The notes under the pieces are model-generated. The model was not told the origin of the DNA. It saw only the letters and a program-made list of their open reading frames with translations, and searched no databases. Both the position numbers and the translations under genes were made by a program. From Mizuhopecten yessoensis (Eukaryota): a stretch of DNA of 53,321 nt. Below, in pieces: positions 25,893-38,243 of the stretch; position 1 is the first letter of the stretch; every line of letters begins with the position of its first letter. Where the stretch lies: NCBI RefSeq assembly GCF_002113885.1, contig NW_018404544.1:82395-135715 (forward strand). The letters are read 5' to 3'.

Positions 25893-26799
25893 GTGCGAGT
25901 TTTACTATACCATTATAGGCCTAACTAGACTTCTAACTACTAAATAGTAATAACTTGACTTAACTATGTAGCCGGATTATTGCCAATCGTTAAAAGAAGT
26001 CTCTGCGCCAGCTGTAATGCAGAATTATTATCTCAGATCCTGACGACAGAGGCATCGTCATTACGCTTCAGTCACAGGGACGGGGAATTAGGCGAAGTTT
26101 TTGTTTAGTCTTTCCACGGACTTAGATAATTCCGTGGTCTTTCTAATCGGTGTTTTGTGTTATTAATGTAGACGTGTTAGAGATACACACACAGCATTAG
26201 TGTGATTGTCACATATGTATGTAAAACATTTGAAATTACACTTAATCTGTATTTTTTCTCTACCTTTTTTCTGACTTGTTTCTTCTGAATTCTCTGATCC
26301 CTGTGGCATCAGTCACGTGCGACTTTCATTTTATTGTTCAACACGGGCCTAGATTCTTATTAAACTGGTAAAATATATACTATTACATTTGTTTATGTAT
26401 GTAATTGTACTCGTGTTTATTAATCAATCATAATACTGCAATAATTTAGTCATTTCATTGACAGTAATAAGGAAAAGATAGATAAATTAGTATGTCATTC
26501 TTCATCACTGATATAAGCAGAACAAACACATAACATGTCATTAAGGAAAATGATTTTACATAATGACTGTCTCATTATAAGAAACAAGTGCTCAGGATTT
26601 AACCTGATGTATCTAACCTGTGTAAGGTGACAAGAACTGGTCAATCGTTAACTTTCTTATATAGTGTAATAAGGACGGTAAAAACACCTGCACTAGAAAG
26701 AAATCTGACACTGGTTTACAGCGAGTAGATTTACTTGTGTGTAGAACACATGGGAACAATTGAAAAACAAGGCCAGTTTACAGAAATTAAAATCTATAT

Positions 26800-27030
26800 A
26801 GGTCTTCTCAGCTGTAAATGAGTATGTGGTTGGGCCTAGCTGTTAGCGCCGAAATGGCAGCTCCGGCTGTATGGTCCTCAGGGAGTTGAGAAAGATTGGC
26901 TGGTTGCAAAGGCCCTATATTCAAGGATAATAATTTGTGAACCGCTTTGAGACAACCTACGAACTAGGTTGTGATGACCTACGAACTAGGTTGTGATAAA
27001 GTGGTATATAAGAACCTCAAATTATTATTA
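26800..27030 (+). mobile_element. Headless SINE with Nin/Deu-like domain and L2-like tail
   Basis: cagctgtaaatgagta, ggctgtatggtcctcagggagttgag, cgctttgag...tatataaga, (ATT)n end. Confidence 0.55.
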
Positions 27031-27445
27031 TAGAGTCCAGATTAACCAGAGTTTACTTATATAATGAAAAAAAGATTCAGATTGGATAGTCTTTTTTACC
27101 CAGAAATCACAGTTCTAGATTTGACAAATAAGAATGCTTTCTTCATTAACCCATGTGTGTCCAAGAAAAGAGAGATTAAATGTGGCAACTCATTAGAACT
27201 AGTCTCTATGTCAGCTTTGAGGATGCGTTCCGTGTATACAATTTAATTGAGTAATTATACTGACGTATGGTATACAGTAAACCTCCAGTTATTAGGAATC
27301 AGCGGGAAGTTTGAACACATTTATTTTACAATAAACGTATAATTTTCTATCTAGTGATAGTTCGTAGCCTAGCTAGGCCTACTTATCCACATTTTGGAAT
27401 GTCTGATTATTGGTCAATTTTGGCTATAGGTGATGTAGTTATAGG

Positions 27446-27855
27446 TAGTGTTGGGAATCGGTTTTTATTCCATAATCAATGATCAGCTGTAATCGGTGCA
27501 AGTTTTTTGATCGATTTTCGATTATTAATCGGTTAGCGAGGTAATCCAAATTGTATTGGTTTGCAATGTAAATTTAAAATCAAGGGTTGACTTGAGTGCA
27601 CCTGCTACTAAAAACCATTTTATACACTTTGAACTTTAGGCTCCAACTTGGCCAAAAGACATATTTGTTAGGAAAATTTACCTCCTAACCAAAGTATAAG
27701 TAGTTTTTTAGGTGGATGCTAATCAGATAGCAATAGAAAACGGCATGCAATAATTTCAACCGATTAATTGATTATGGGATTTCATAATTGATTAATCGCA
27801 ATTGGTTGTGTCACCGATTAGTTTTCGATTTTAATTGATCATCGGGACAACACTA
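27446..27855. mobile_element. hAT-type MITE
   Basis: TIR TAGTGTTG...CAACACTA; 8-bp flanking duplication gttatagg/gttatagc (7/8 match). Confidence 0.75.
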
Positions 27856-28119
27856 GTTATAGCCTCGCAAAACTCTCAAACTTATCTATTTTCACATCAT
27901 TTACAGCATTTATTATCTGCATAAGGGGTAGTAATCATGATGTGCGGCCGTTGTAGTCATCTATGACGGACAATTTGTGCATAAATATACCAGGAACTCC
28001 TATATAATTATACATTACGTTAATGATACAAGTAACGTCACATTTATCCATTGTTACATATACAGTGGTATGATTTTGAGTCCGGTATATTAAATAGATC
28101 CTGTATCGGTAAATAAACT

Positions 28120-28279
28120 TACCAAGGTAAGTTAATGGGTCAGTGCTGATGTACCAAGGTAAGTTAATGGGTCAGTGCTGATGTACCAAGGTAAGTTAAT
28201 GGGTCAGTGCTGACGTACCAAGGTAAGTTAATGGGTCAGTGTTGATGTACCAAGGTAAGTTAATGGGTCAGTGCTGATG
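28120..28279. repeat. 32-bp minisatellite, 5 copies
   Basis: Unit taccaaggtaagttaatgggtcagtgctgatg. Confidence 0.95.
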
Positions 28280-28437
28280 CAGGCAAGCTTGTTTCATGAT
28301 TTTACATATAATTGTGAAACTGATTCCAGTCAAAACAAACCGCTTCTGCTGATGTAACTGAATTTAGATGGAAGAGTACATGTTGTTGATGAATGGTAGT
28401 AACAGGGTATTCTATTTTTTTTATTTTTTTTTTCCAG

Positions 28438-28559
28438 GATGATGGGGCAAACAGAAGAACAGAATCAGAGTGTGATGAAGACCATGATCTTATTTAGTGT
28501 GGCCATGCTTTCCCTACCAGTATTCTCGTACTTTTTCACAAAAAGTTTTTTCTTTGAAG
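28438..28559 (+). CDS. VMA21: VMA21 coding exon 2
   Basis: MMGQTEEQNQSVMKTMILFSVAMLSLPVFSYFFTKSFFFE (TM1). Strong poly-T ccag acceptor, donor G|GTACAG. Confidence 0.9.
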
Positions 28560-28949
28560 GTACAGTAATACAAATTTAATTTTAAAGGAAAAGCTTCACA
28601 TTAAGGGAAAAGCTTCACATTAAGTAATACCGCTACAAGATCTACAAAGTGAAAGGGTTCTAATCCCAATATCATTTACCTTTTCTGAACCATTGAATAT
28701 TTTTATGTCAGAAACGAGCCTGATCTGTGAAAAATGAACAGTGCAGCAGTGGTAAAATAGACTGGTTTAGATTTTTAATACGTACCTAAAGTACAGATAC
28801 CAGTACTGTCTATCAGCCTGGTGTATAGTCAGCAAATAACTAAGTGTGAGCTCTTGATTATGCTGGCATGAGGAATGTTTATGGCTTTATCATTATCCAT
28901 AGTGTAACTCCAAAGATGCTGGTGCCAATGTCCCTTCTCACTTGTGTTT

Positions 28950-30052
28950 TTAGCTCACTCTTCTTAATAACAAAAAGGCATAGGGTGATGATATTTGGCC
29001 AAGCATTTTGATATTTGACAGCTGGTGATTTGCTGGGATGAAGGTCTTCAAAGTTTGCTCACATGAATAACCTTAACGCATATTCAAGGTCACTTGGGTC
29101 AAATATGTTAAAAACCTATAAAAGACTTCCTCTGACGGACCAAAAGTCCCATGATGTTGATATTTGGTCAGTGATATGCTGGGATGAAGGGCTACAACAT
29201 CTGTTTAAATGAATGACCTCAACTTATATTCAAGGTCACTTGGGTCAAATATGTTTTAAACCTATATAAAAGACTCCCCCTGAATAACCAAGAAGCCTAA
29301 GGTCATGATATTTGGCCAGTAACATGCTGGGATGAAGGTCTATGAAATTTGTTTAAATCAAAAACCTTGACTGAAATTCAAGGTCACAGAGGTCAAATAA
29401 GTTTAAAAACTGAACAACTTCTTTTGAATAACCAAGAGGCATAGGGTGTTCATATTTTGGAAAGTAGTATGCTGGGATGAAATAAGGGCTACCAAGTTAG
29501 TCAAAATGATGCCCTTGATGCATAATCAAGGTCACAGAGGTCTAATATGTTTAAAATCTTTAAACAACTTCTGAATAATGACCTTCACCCATATTCAAGG
29601 TCACATGGGTCAAATATGTCAAAAACTATAATGACTGATTCTCCTAAATAAAAGAAAATGCTAGGATGATGATATCAGATAATAGCATGCTGGGATGAAA
29701 GGTTACAAAGTATGTTCATGTGAATGACCTTGACACACTTTCAAGGTCACATCTGGTCAATTGTGTATAAACTTTTAAAAGACATCTTCTCAATAAACAA
29801 ATGTAGATGGTGTCGTGTCAGTGGTGATACTTGGCAAGTTGCATTATGGGATGAAGAGCTATAAAGTTTGTTTAACGTAATGACCTTGTTCAACTCTCAA
29901 AGTCACAGGGGTCAATGTGGTTAAATCTTCTTAACATTATTTATAGTCACAAATATTGATATTTTCCATGTAGCTTCATTTTAGTCCACTTTTAAGGTTA
30001 CAATTTTGAGATTAATACCAGTTGGGTGATGCAGACCCATTGGGCCTCTTGT
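28950..30052 (-). mobile_element. HINE-like element, reverse orientation, in VMA21 intron 2
   Basis: ttagctcac at left, tcaaggtcac units, gacccattgggcctcttgtt at right. Confidence 0.65.
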
Positions 30053-30088
30053 TTTGCAATAATTTTAACATGTGTTTTGTGTTTGCAG

Positions 30089-30231
30089 CATACTTAGGGA
30101 TGACGAGTCAAAACAGCTATTTCTACGCAGCCTTTGTCGCCATTACAGTAGTGCACATAATATTGGGACTGTTTGTGTATAAGGCCTTCACAGAAGGAAC
30201 TCCAACAACGTCTTCATTCAAAAAAGACTAG
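30089..30231 (+). CDS. VMA21: VMA21 coding exon 3 (last)
   Basis: AYLGMTSQNSYFYAAFVAITVVHIILGLFVYKAFTE...KKD* (TM2 and lysine tail). Total CDS 288 nt. Confidence 0.92.
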
Positions 30232-30802
30232 GAAGCAGTCATGAATAAGAACGACCAAGAGAGTGTCAAGTTCATGGATGCATGTTGTTAAGAGAGTGTA
30301 TGTGAGGAAGAGAATGGATGATTATTTATATCAACATTTTACAAAGAGTTTTGACATTACTTGTGTAATTGATCACAGCAATGACATGGTGCATACAATG
30401 TTGATTATAGGATTGTTGACCATGTATTTTTCAACAAACATATCTACTTGTATTTTCTGTGCTAAAACATAATGTTAAAGTTAGATCTATATTCCTTCGT
30501 GAGATATTTTACTGTCAGTTTCCCAGATCCATGTTCTTTAGTCGTTAAATGCATTATTCTATGTGCTTTGAATTATTAGTTCTATTTTCTGGTGAAAAAT
30601 TATCTTTACTTACAGATAAAAGGACAAATAAATGTTTCCAATTTTACATTGCACATTGCTTAATTAATTTGTTTTAAGAGAAAAAAAATGTTTTTTTTTT
30701 TTTTAATGAACAAGTATGAATGATATTGTATTTCACTCATTAATTTTCAGAGGAGAAGGGAGGCATGAATGTCAGTTTGACATATATGCATCATCAGTGA
30801 AA

Positions 30803-30842
30803 TCGCCTGAAGAGCCCCAAGATGGGCGAAAGTGCTAGCAAA
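30803..30842 (+). ncRNA. Minimal hammerhead-ribozyme-like motif, copy 1
   Basis: CTGAAGA-GCCC caagat GGGC-GAAA-GTGC-TA. Stem I is only ~2 bp. Confidence 0.5.
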
Positions 30843-30910
30843 TTGTAGTCTTCGTGTTTTGTTTTATATGTATATAAAACAACATTTTACAAACTTTCTC
30901 GTTTCTTAAA

Positions 30911-30950
30911 AACACTGATGAAACTCTAAAGGGGAGAAAGCGCTAGGGAA
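30911..30950 (+). ncRNA. Degenerate minimal hammerhead-like motif, copy 2
   Basis: CTGATGA-aACTCT aa AGGGGa-GAAA-GCGC-TA, with palindromic AGCGCT. Confidence 0.35.
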
Positions 30951-31747
30951 GATGAAGAAACTTGTTGTCTTTTGTTTTTCTTATATATATATATATATGT
31001 ATATCTAGCCTTCTATTAAGATGCTTGCCTGTTTACTACTAATTTAACTTGTTCACCCCTGAAGACACATTTGAACTCTTTCAATACAACTGTTTGAATA
31101 GTTCATGATGAAATTTCAGGGGTGAATGAGTTAATTTCTGTTGTAATTTCTGATTTTCACAAAATAACTTGTGTATGGAGATTCAGTACTGTACCTCTTA
31201 ATCATTAAGCAGAGACCATTGCACACTGGTCATGATATATTTAGTCCTGTATCATCATCAGATGGTGGCTGATCAAATCGCCCTTCATTCAGGGTCGGTC
31301 ATCCGTCAAGTTTGTTGTTGCTATTTTACAAGAAGTTCAAGTCTTTCTCATATTTGTTATGTAGGTTCCCCATAATCCATAGTTGTGCAGGTTTCATTTT
31401 GTTACTGATGGAGTCAGTTAGCTATCTTGGGTTTCAACAGTTTATGTTTGTTATCACTATTTCTCTAGAAAAAAATAATGACCTCATAATGGAGGAAATC
31501 TCCAAAACCCAGCTGTATACATTTTTCATCCGAAGTTTCTACATGCTTCATTTACTATTGACAAGACTTTCAGTCAAACAAAATAGAGAAATGAAGGGAA
31601 AAGATCAAACTTATATACATGTAGAACTAATGAAGATCTAGTGTTGGTGGTCCTCAAGATCACAATGGGATCTCTTGTTTATTCAAACACTTTTTTGCAA
31701 GATAATGGGGGAAATGTTATATGTACTAGGTTGTTACTGTTCTTGAA

Positions 31748-32064
31748 ACATTGGGGTGAATAGATTAATTGTCAGGATACCTCACTTACATTGGGGTGAA
31801 TAGATTAATTGTCAGGATACCTCACTTACATTGGGGTGAATAGATTAATTGTCAGGATACCTCACTTACATTGGGGTGAATAGATTAATTGTCAGGATAC
31901 CTCACTTACATTGGGGTGAATAGATTAATTGTCAGGATACCTCACTTACATTGGGGTGAATAGATTAATTGTCAGGATACCTCACTTACATTGGGGTGAA
32001 TAGATTAATTGTCAGGATACCTCACTTACATTGGGGTGAATAGATAAATTGTCAGGATACCTCA
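31748..32064. repeat. 40-bp near-perfect minisatellite, ~8 copies
   Basis: Unit acattggggtgaatagattaattgtcaggatacctcactt. Confidence 0.97.
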
Positions 32065-32351
32065 TCCCCCTTACACAAGCTTTTGGCAGCTTCTTGCTGC
32101 TTTGTTCGGGCGGTTACTCCCTGTGGTAAAAGTATTTGTTCTTTACACTGAATCCCCCCCACATATATAGGAACATTCTGTAACATAACGCTGGCCGTCT
32201 TGTGTCATGTGATCTACTGACAAGTAGTCGCATGAAGAAAGCAATAAACGGCTGTGGATTAAAGCTTATATAAGCAAAATGGGTAAAATGTATTTGTTCA
32301 TCATTACTTCAAGGAATCATTTTAAATTGTTATAATGTTAAAAACAGCCTA

Positions 32352-32834
32352 TTTTCTCCCACAACAACCTTTGGACTCGTATGACAAACCTGCTAGTGGT
32401 TGTATACATTTCTGGTGACATTCAGGACATTATTTTATTGGTCAATCTTCTAATTATGACCACAAGGACCTGATAATTTGATATAGCTATATTTGGACCT
32501 AAACTAAGGTGTTCAGAGTAATTTTACATGTTTTGGGGGTTTAGATCGACTTTCGGTAAAATTGACACCCCCAATGATTATATGTACGCCAAAAGTCCAT
32601 CTAAACCCCTAAACCGTGTAAAATTACTGTGAACTTATAGATAAGGTCCAAATATAGCTGTAACAAATTATCAGGTCCCTGTGATGACCTCAAGTAACAA
32701 TGCTTTGGGATGTCATTTTCCATTGTGACGTCGTAGTTCATGGCAAAACTTTTCCCAAATAGGAACAGGAATAATGTATTCCCAGGAGAAACATGTCTTT
32801 TTTAGCTAAAATATTTGAACGTTGTGGGAGAAAA
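32352..32834. mobile_element. Fold-back MITE-like element(s)
   Basis: Outer ttttctcccacaac/gttgtgggagaaaa. Inner ~90-bp imperfect inverted arms between 32467 and 32678. Confidence 0.6.
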
Positions 32835-33819
32835 AGGTCCTCAAACTCATGATGTTTGATTATTTTGTTTATCTAACTCTTGTTAGTTAATTTTTAAACT
32901 GTGAAAAACACTCTGTAAACCTTGTATCTTTATAAAATTTCCAAAATAAAACTCAAGTTAGATAACCCAAAACGGGACACTTATGGGAAAACGGCACAAC
33001 AAACTGTAATTCAATGCAAAGAAGTACTTTTTTGTATATAGTTTTCATTTGATAATACTTTTATGATAATTTAACTGTATGTAAGCTTTATTGGCTGCTG
33101 ATTATCATTACAAGGAAAATTTAAAGGTAAGAATAATGACCAAAACAAAACTTTCCCGATTTCCGTGCCGTGTGACGCTATTTATTTGAATATCACTTTC
33201 AAAAGTCTATTTTATTAAAACTAATGCTAGTTTGGAGAAGAAATTTAATCATAACCTTATTTGACTCTTAGAATATTTGAAATACGTCTTCTTTTCTGTT
33301 GATATTGATCGTTTATACCCAAATATTAGGCAAAATACTGAAGTGTCCCTTTCACGGTACAGTTACGCCAGTTCAAGGGCCTATGTAACCCTGGTGGTAT
33401 TTCACGTTTTATTTATAGAACTATGCGCCCAAAATATCAACTTGTAATAGAAATGAAAAGTGGATAGTATCAATTTATGAAAAATGAACAAATATTTTTG
33501 GAACTGATAGTATGGTATAAAGAACATTAATATTTATCTCAAAAGTGTCCCGATTTGGGCACAGTGACGTTGGGCTTATCACCAGTGAATTACTGATATA
33601 GTTCAAACAATAATATATGTCCATATTCTGAAAAGTTTTTAACGTTACTAAAGGGTATACAGAATAATTTATCACAGTCCGTTGTGGAAATGACATATTG
33701 ACAATATTTCATTGTGTAGATCATGTTATTAAAATTTACAAATGGCTAAAAGTCTTTTTTTGTTGTGTTCTTGTTCAATTCTGGATATCCTAATGGAAAT
33801 CAACGGCCCAGATAATAAA

Positions 33820-34722
33820 AGACTGAACATGTGTCAGTCAGATAATGAGTGACTGAACTAGTATGGATGAACGTGTGTCAGTCAGATAATTAGTGACTGA
33901 ACTAGTATGGATGAACATGTGTCAGTCAGATAATGACTGACTGAACTAGTATGGATGAACGTATGTCAGTCAGATAATGAGTGACTGAACTAGTATAGAT
34001 GAACGTGTGTCTGTCAGATAATGAGTGACTGAACTTCTGTGGATGAACGTGTGTCAGTAAGATAATGAGTGACTGAACTAGCGTGGCTGAACGTGTGTCA
34101 GTCAGATAATAAGTGACTGAACTAGAATGGATGAACGTGTGTCTGTCCGATAATGAGTGACTGAACTACCGTGGATGAACGTGTGTCAGTCATATAATGA
34201 GTGACTGAACTAGTAGTATGAACGTGTGTCAGTCAGATAAGGAGTGACTGAACTACTGTGGATGAACGTGTGTATCAGTCAAATAATGAATGACTGAACT
34301 AGTATGGATGAACGTGTGTCAGTCAGACAATGAGTGACTGAACTAGTAGGATGAACGTGTGTCAGTCAGATAATGAGTGACTGAACTACTGTGGATGAAC
34401 GTGTATCAGTCAGATAATGAGTGACTGAACTGCTGTGGATGAACGTGTGTATCAGTCAAATGATGAATGACTGAACTAGTATGGATGAACATGGGTCAGT
34501 CAGATAATGAGTGACTGCACTACTGTGGATGAACGTGTGTATAAGTCAAATAATGAATGACTGAACTAGTCTGGATGAACGTGTGTCAGTCAGATGATGA
34601 GTGACTGAACTAGTATGGATAAACGTGTGTCAGTCAGATAATGAGCGACTGAACTAGTATGGATGAACGTGTGTTTGTCAGATAATGAGTGACTGAACTA
34701 CTGTGGATGAACGTGTGTCAGT
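33820..34722. repeat. 44-bp minisatellite, ~20 copies
   Basis: Unit gataatgagtgactgaactagtatggatgaacgtgtgtcagtca. Confidence 0.95.
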
Positions 34723-35013
34723 TACAGTCAACACCTGTTCTGTAGAATTAACATGGCTGCCCACATTCGCTGACAATACATCCAGCTTCTTTCAGATAAC
34801 TAGATTAATATACATCCAGCTTCTTTCAGATAACTAGATTATTATACATCCAGCTTCTTTCAGATAACTAGATTATTATATATCCAGCTTCTTTCAGATA
34901 ACTAGAGTATTATACATCCAGCTTCTTTCAGATAACTATATTATTATACATCCAGCTTCTTCCAGATAACTAGCGTATTATACATCCAGCCTCTTTCAGA
35001 TAACTAGATTATT

Positions 35014-36650
35014 AGCTCACCTGGTCCAGCTCAGCCATACCGTGGCGTCCGTCGTCCGTCCGTTCTTCCGTACGTCAACAATTTCTTTAAACGACTTCTT
35101 CTTCTTAACCACTGGTTGGAATTAAACTAAATTTGACTGGAAGCATCCCTAGGTGGTGGGGATTCAAAATTGTACAAATGGTGGGGCTGACCCCCCAGGG
35201 GGCTGAGGGGCGGGGCCAAAAGGGGCCAATTTGCCCATATTGCTTTAAGCGACTTCTTCTCTGAAACTAAGAAGTGGATATCAACCATATTTGACTGGAA
35301 GCATCCCTAGGTGATGGTGATTAAAAATTGTACAAATGGTTGGGCTGACCCCCCAGGGGGCTTAGGGGCGGAGCCAAAAGGGGGCAATTTGGCTATATTG
35401 CTACAAACGACTTCTTCTGAAGAACTGTGCACTGGATATCAATCATATTTGATCAAAAGCATTCCTGGGAGGCAGGGATTTAAAATTGTACAAATGGTGT
35501 GGCTGACCCCCCAGGGGGCTGAGGGGCAGGGCCAAAAAGGGTATTTGGCTATACTGCTTTAAGCGACTTCTTCTCTGGAACTAAGAAGTGGATATCAACC
35601 ATATTTGACTGGAAGCATCCCTAGNNNNNNNNNNNNNNNNNNNNNNNNNNNNNNNNNNNNNNNNNNNNNNNNNNNNNNNNNNNNNNNNNNNNNNNNNNNN
35701 NNNNNNNNNNNNNNNNNNNNNNNNNNNNNNNNNNNNNNNNNNNNNNNNNNNNNNNNNNNNNNNNNNNNNNNNNNNNNNNNNNNNNNNNNNNNNNNNNNNN
35801 NNNNNNNNNNNNNNNNNNNNNNNNNNNNNNNNNNNNNNNNNNNNNNNNNNNNNNNNNNNNNNNNNNNNNNNNNNNNNNNNNNNNNNNNNNNNNNNNNNNN
35901 NNNNNNNNNNNNNNNNNNNNNNNNNNNNNNNNNNNNNNNNNNNNNNNNNNNNNNNNNNNNNNNNNNNNNNNNNNNNNNNNNNNNNNNNNNNNNNNNNNNN
36001 NNNNNNNNNNNNNNNNNNNNNNNNNNNNNNNNNNNNNNNNNNNNNNNNNNNNNNNNNNNNNNNNNNNNNNNNNNNNNNNNNNNNNNNNNNNNNNNNNNNN
36101 NNNNNNNNNNNNNNNNNNNNNNNNNNNNNNNNNNNNNNNNNNNNNNNNNNNNNNNNNNNNNNNNNNNNNNNNNNNNNNNNNNNNNNNNNNNNNNNNNNNN
36201 NNNNNNNNNNNNNNNNNNNNNNNNNNNNNNNNNNNNNNNNNNNNNNNNNNNNNNNNNNNNNNTCATGACATTAGAATTGATCCCAGGGTCTGCCCCACCC
36301 TTGCAGACTTGGCCCCTGGGTCATAACTTTGAAACGGTTGAGATCCCCACCCCAAAACTATATATACAAATGCTTGGCAAAAAGAGACAAATGCAGTCAC
36401 GATATTAGAATCGATCCTGGGGTCTGGCCACAACTCTAGGGACCTAGTTTCTGAGTCAAAGCTTGGAAACAGTTGAGATCCCCACCCCATAACCATACAT
36501 AAAATTTCTGGGCATGAAAAATCTAATATAGCTATGCTACAAGGATTGGCCTTAGGGTCTGGCATATTCCCTTGATCTCATTTGGAGAATAGTTTGCCAT
36601 GATTGCTTAGGTATCCAGGTGAGCGATACAGGCCCTGTGTGCCTCTTGTT
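35014..36650 (-). mobile_element. Two-ended HINE-like element spanning the second gap
   Basis: agctcacctgg plus cgtc microsatellite at left; ccaggtgagcgatacaggccctgtgtgcctcttgtt at right. Confidence 0.8.
35625..36262. other. Assembly gap
   Basis: Run of N. Confidence 1.
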
Positions 36651-37584
36651 ATACATCCAGCTTCTTCCAGATAACTAGAGTATTATACAACCAGCTTCTT
36701 TCAGATAACTAGATTATTATGCATTCAGCTTCTTTCAGATAACTAGATTATTATACATCCAGCTTCTTTCAGATAACTAGAGTATTATACATCTAGCTTC
36801 TTTCAGATAACTAGAGTATTCTAATCCTTTGATCAATAACAAGTGAATACCCCGAGTGGCAGCAAAGCTGTAAAACTAGGGCGAAATAGGAAACAAATTA
36901 GACCAAGCGTTCAAGGGTGAACATCTTGCTTCATCGACAACACCTGCCACGTAAATCTAGGTCAAATCCAGGTAATGTCACGTCCTCGCAATGATAACTC
37001 GGATGATTAAAAAAATATAAAGTCACACTTATGACCAATAACATCGATGTTCATATGACTGTGATTCACAAAGAAAAAATATATCCTATGAGATCATGAT
37101 GGTACCCATGAAACTTGTTCTTATTCTTCATCAACCTGTATCTAGGGAAACCGTGTGCTGTTTGTCAGCAGTCAACATCTGTCCTGTAAAGCACAAACCA
37201 AACAAACAACCAACCAGAATGCAACTTGCTAAATATCACCACCCTGTACCTTTTGTTTATTGAGAAGATGACGTTTAAAGATTTATGCATAATTGACCAG
37301 ATGTGACCTTGAAAGTGTGTCGAGGTCATTCACATGAACAAAAATAACCCTGGACGTTTGGTTAATCAGAAGAAGTCGTTTAAAATGTCAACATATTTTA
37401 CCCCTGTGACCTTGAATATGGTAAAAAGTAATTAATTTGAACAAACTTTGTAAATCTTCATCCCAACATACTTCTACCCGAATATAATCACCCTAGACAT
37501 TTGGTTATACAGAAGAAGTTGTTTGAAGTTTTTAGACAATTGACCCAAGTGACCTTTAATGTGGGCGAAGATTATCTATTTGAA

Positions 37585-37885
37585 ACAAGAGGCCCAATGG
37601 GCCTGAATCGCTCGCCTAGTATTAATCTCAAACTTAATCTTAAAAGTGGACTAAAATACAGCTACAGGCAAAATATCAGTGTTTGATTCAAAATAATCTA
37701 TTAAAAGATTTAAACATGTGACCTTGAGTTTTAGTCAAGGTCATTCATTTGAACAAACTTTGTAGCCCTTCATCCCAGCATGCTACAGGCCAAAAATACC
37801 ATCACCCTAGGCCTATTGGTTATTCAGAAGAAAAGTAAAAAGTAGACGACGGACGCTGCACCACGACATTTAAGCTCACCTTACC
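37585..37885 (+). mobile_element. Short HINE-like element
   Basis: acaagaggcccaatgggcctgaatcgctc ... gacgacggacg ... taagctcacc. Confidence 0.65.
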
Positions 37886-38243
37886 CAAAGAAAAAAAACT
37901 TAAATTCCTCAGTGCAATATTGCATTAAATATTTTCAAAAATGGCAGGCGCATTTTTAAAGCCCATCAGTAAACATGATTGTAATTTATTCTGGAACATT
38001 ATTTATAAAATGCACAACTAAAGCCGCAATGAAAGTCAAAGAATGATAGCATTCCTGGTTGATTATATTTATTTATTTGGCAATGTCATTTGCACGATCC
38101 CTTCACGACGTTGCGTGGGATTTCATGAATGCCCAGTTCACCCACAGAATGCATGCGTCTTCAGGTTCAACAAGCCCCCTAAAAGATTCTGAAGTCATCC
38201 TGAGCTTAAGCCTCTGATAAGTCATATTCAAATACCTCAATTA

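Larger units (their letters stand above)
34777..36820. repeat. 34-bp minisatellite split by a HINE insertion
   Basis: Unit atacatccagcttctttcagataactagattatt at 34777-35013 and 36651-36820. Confidence 0.92.
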
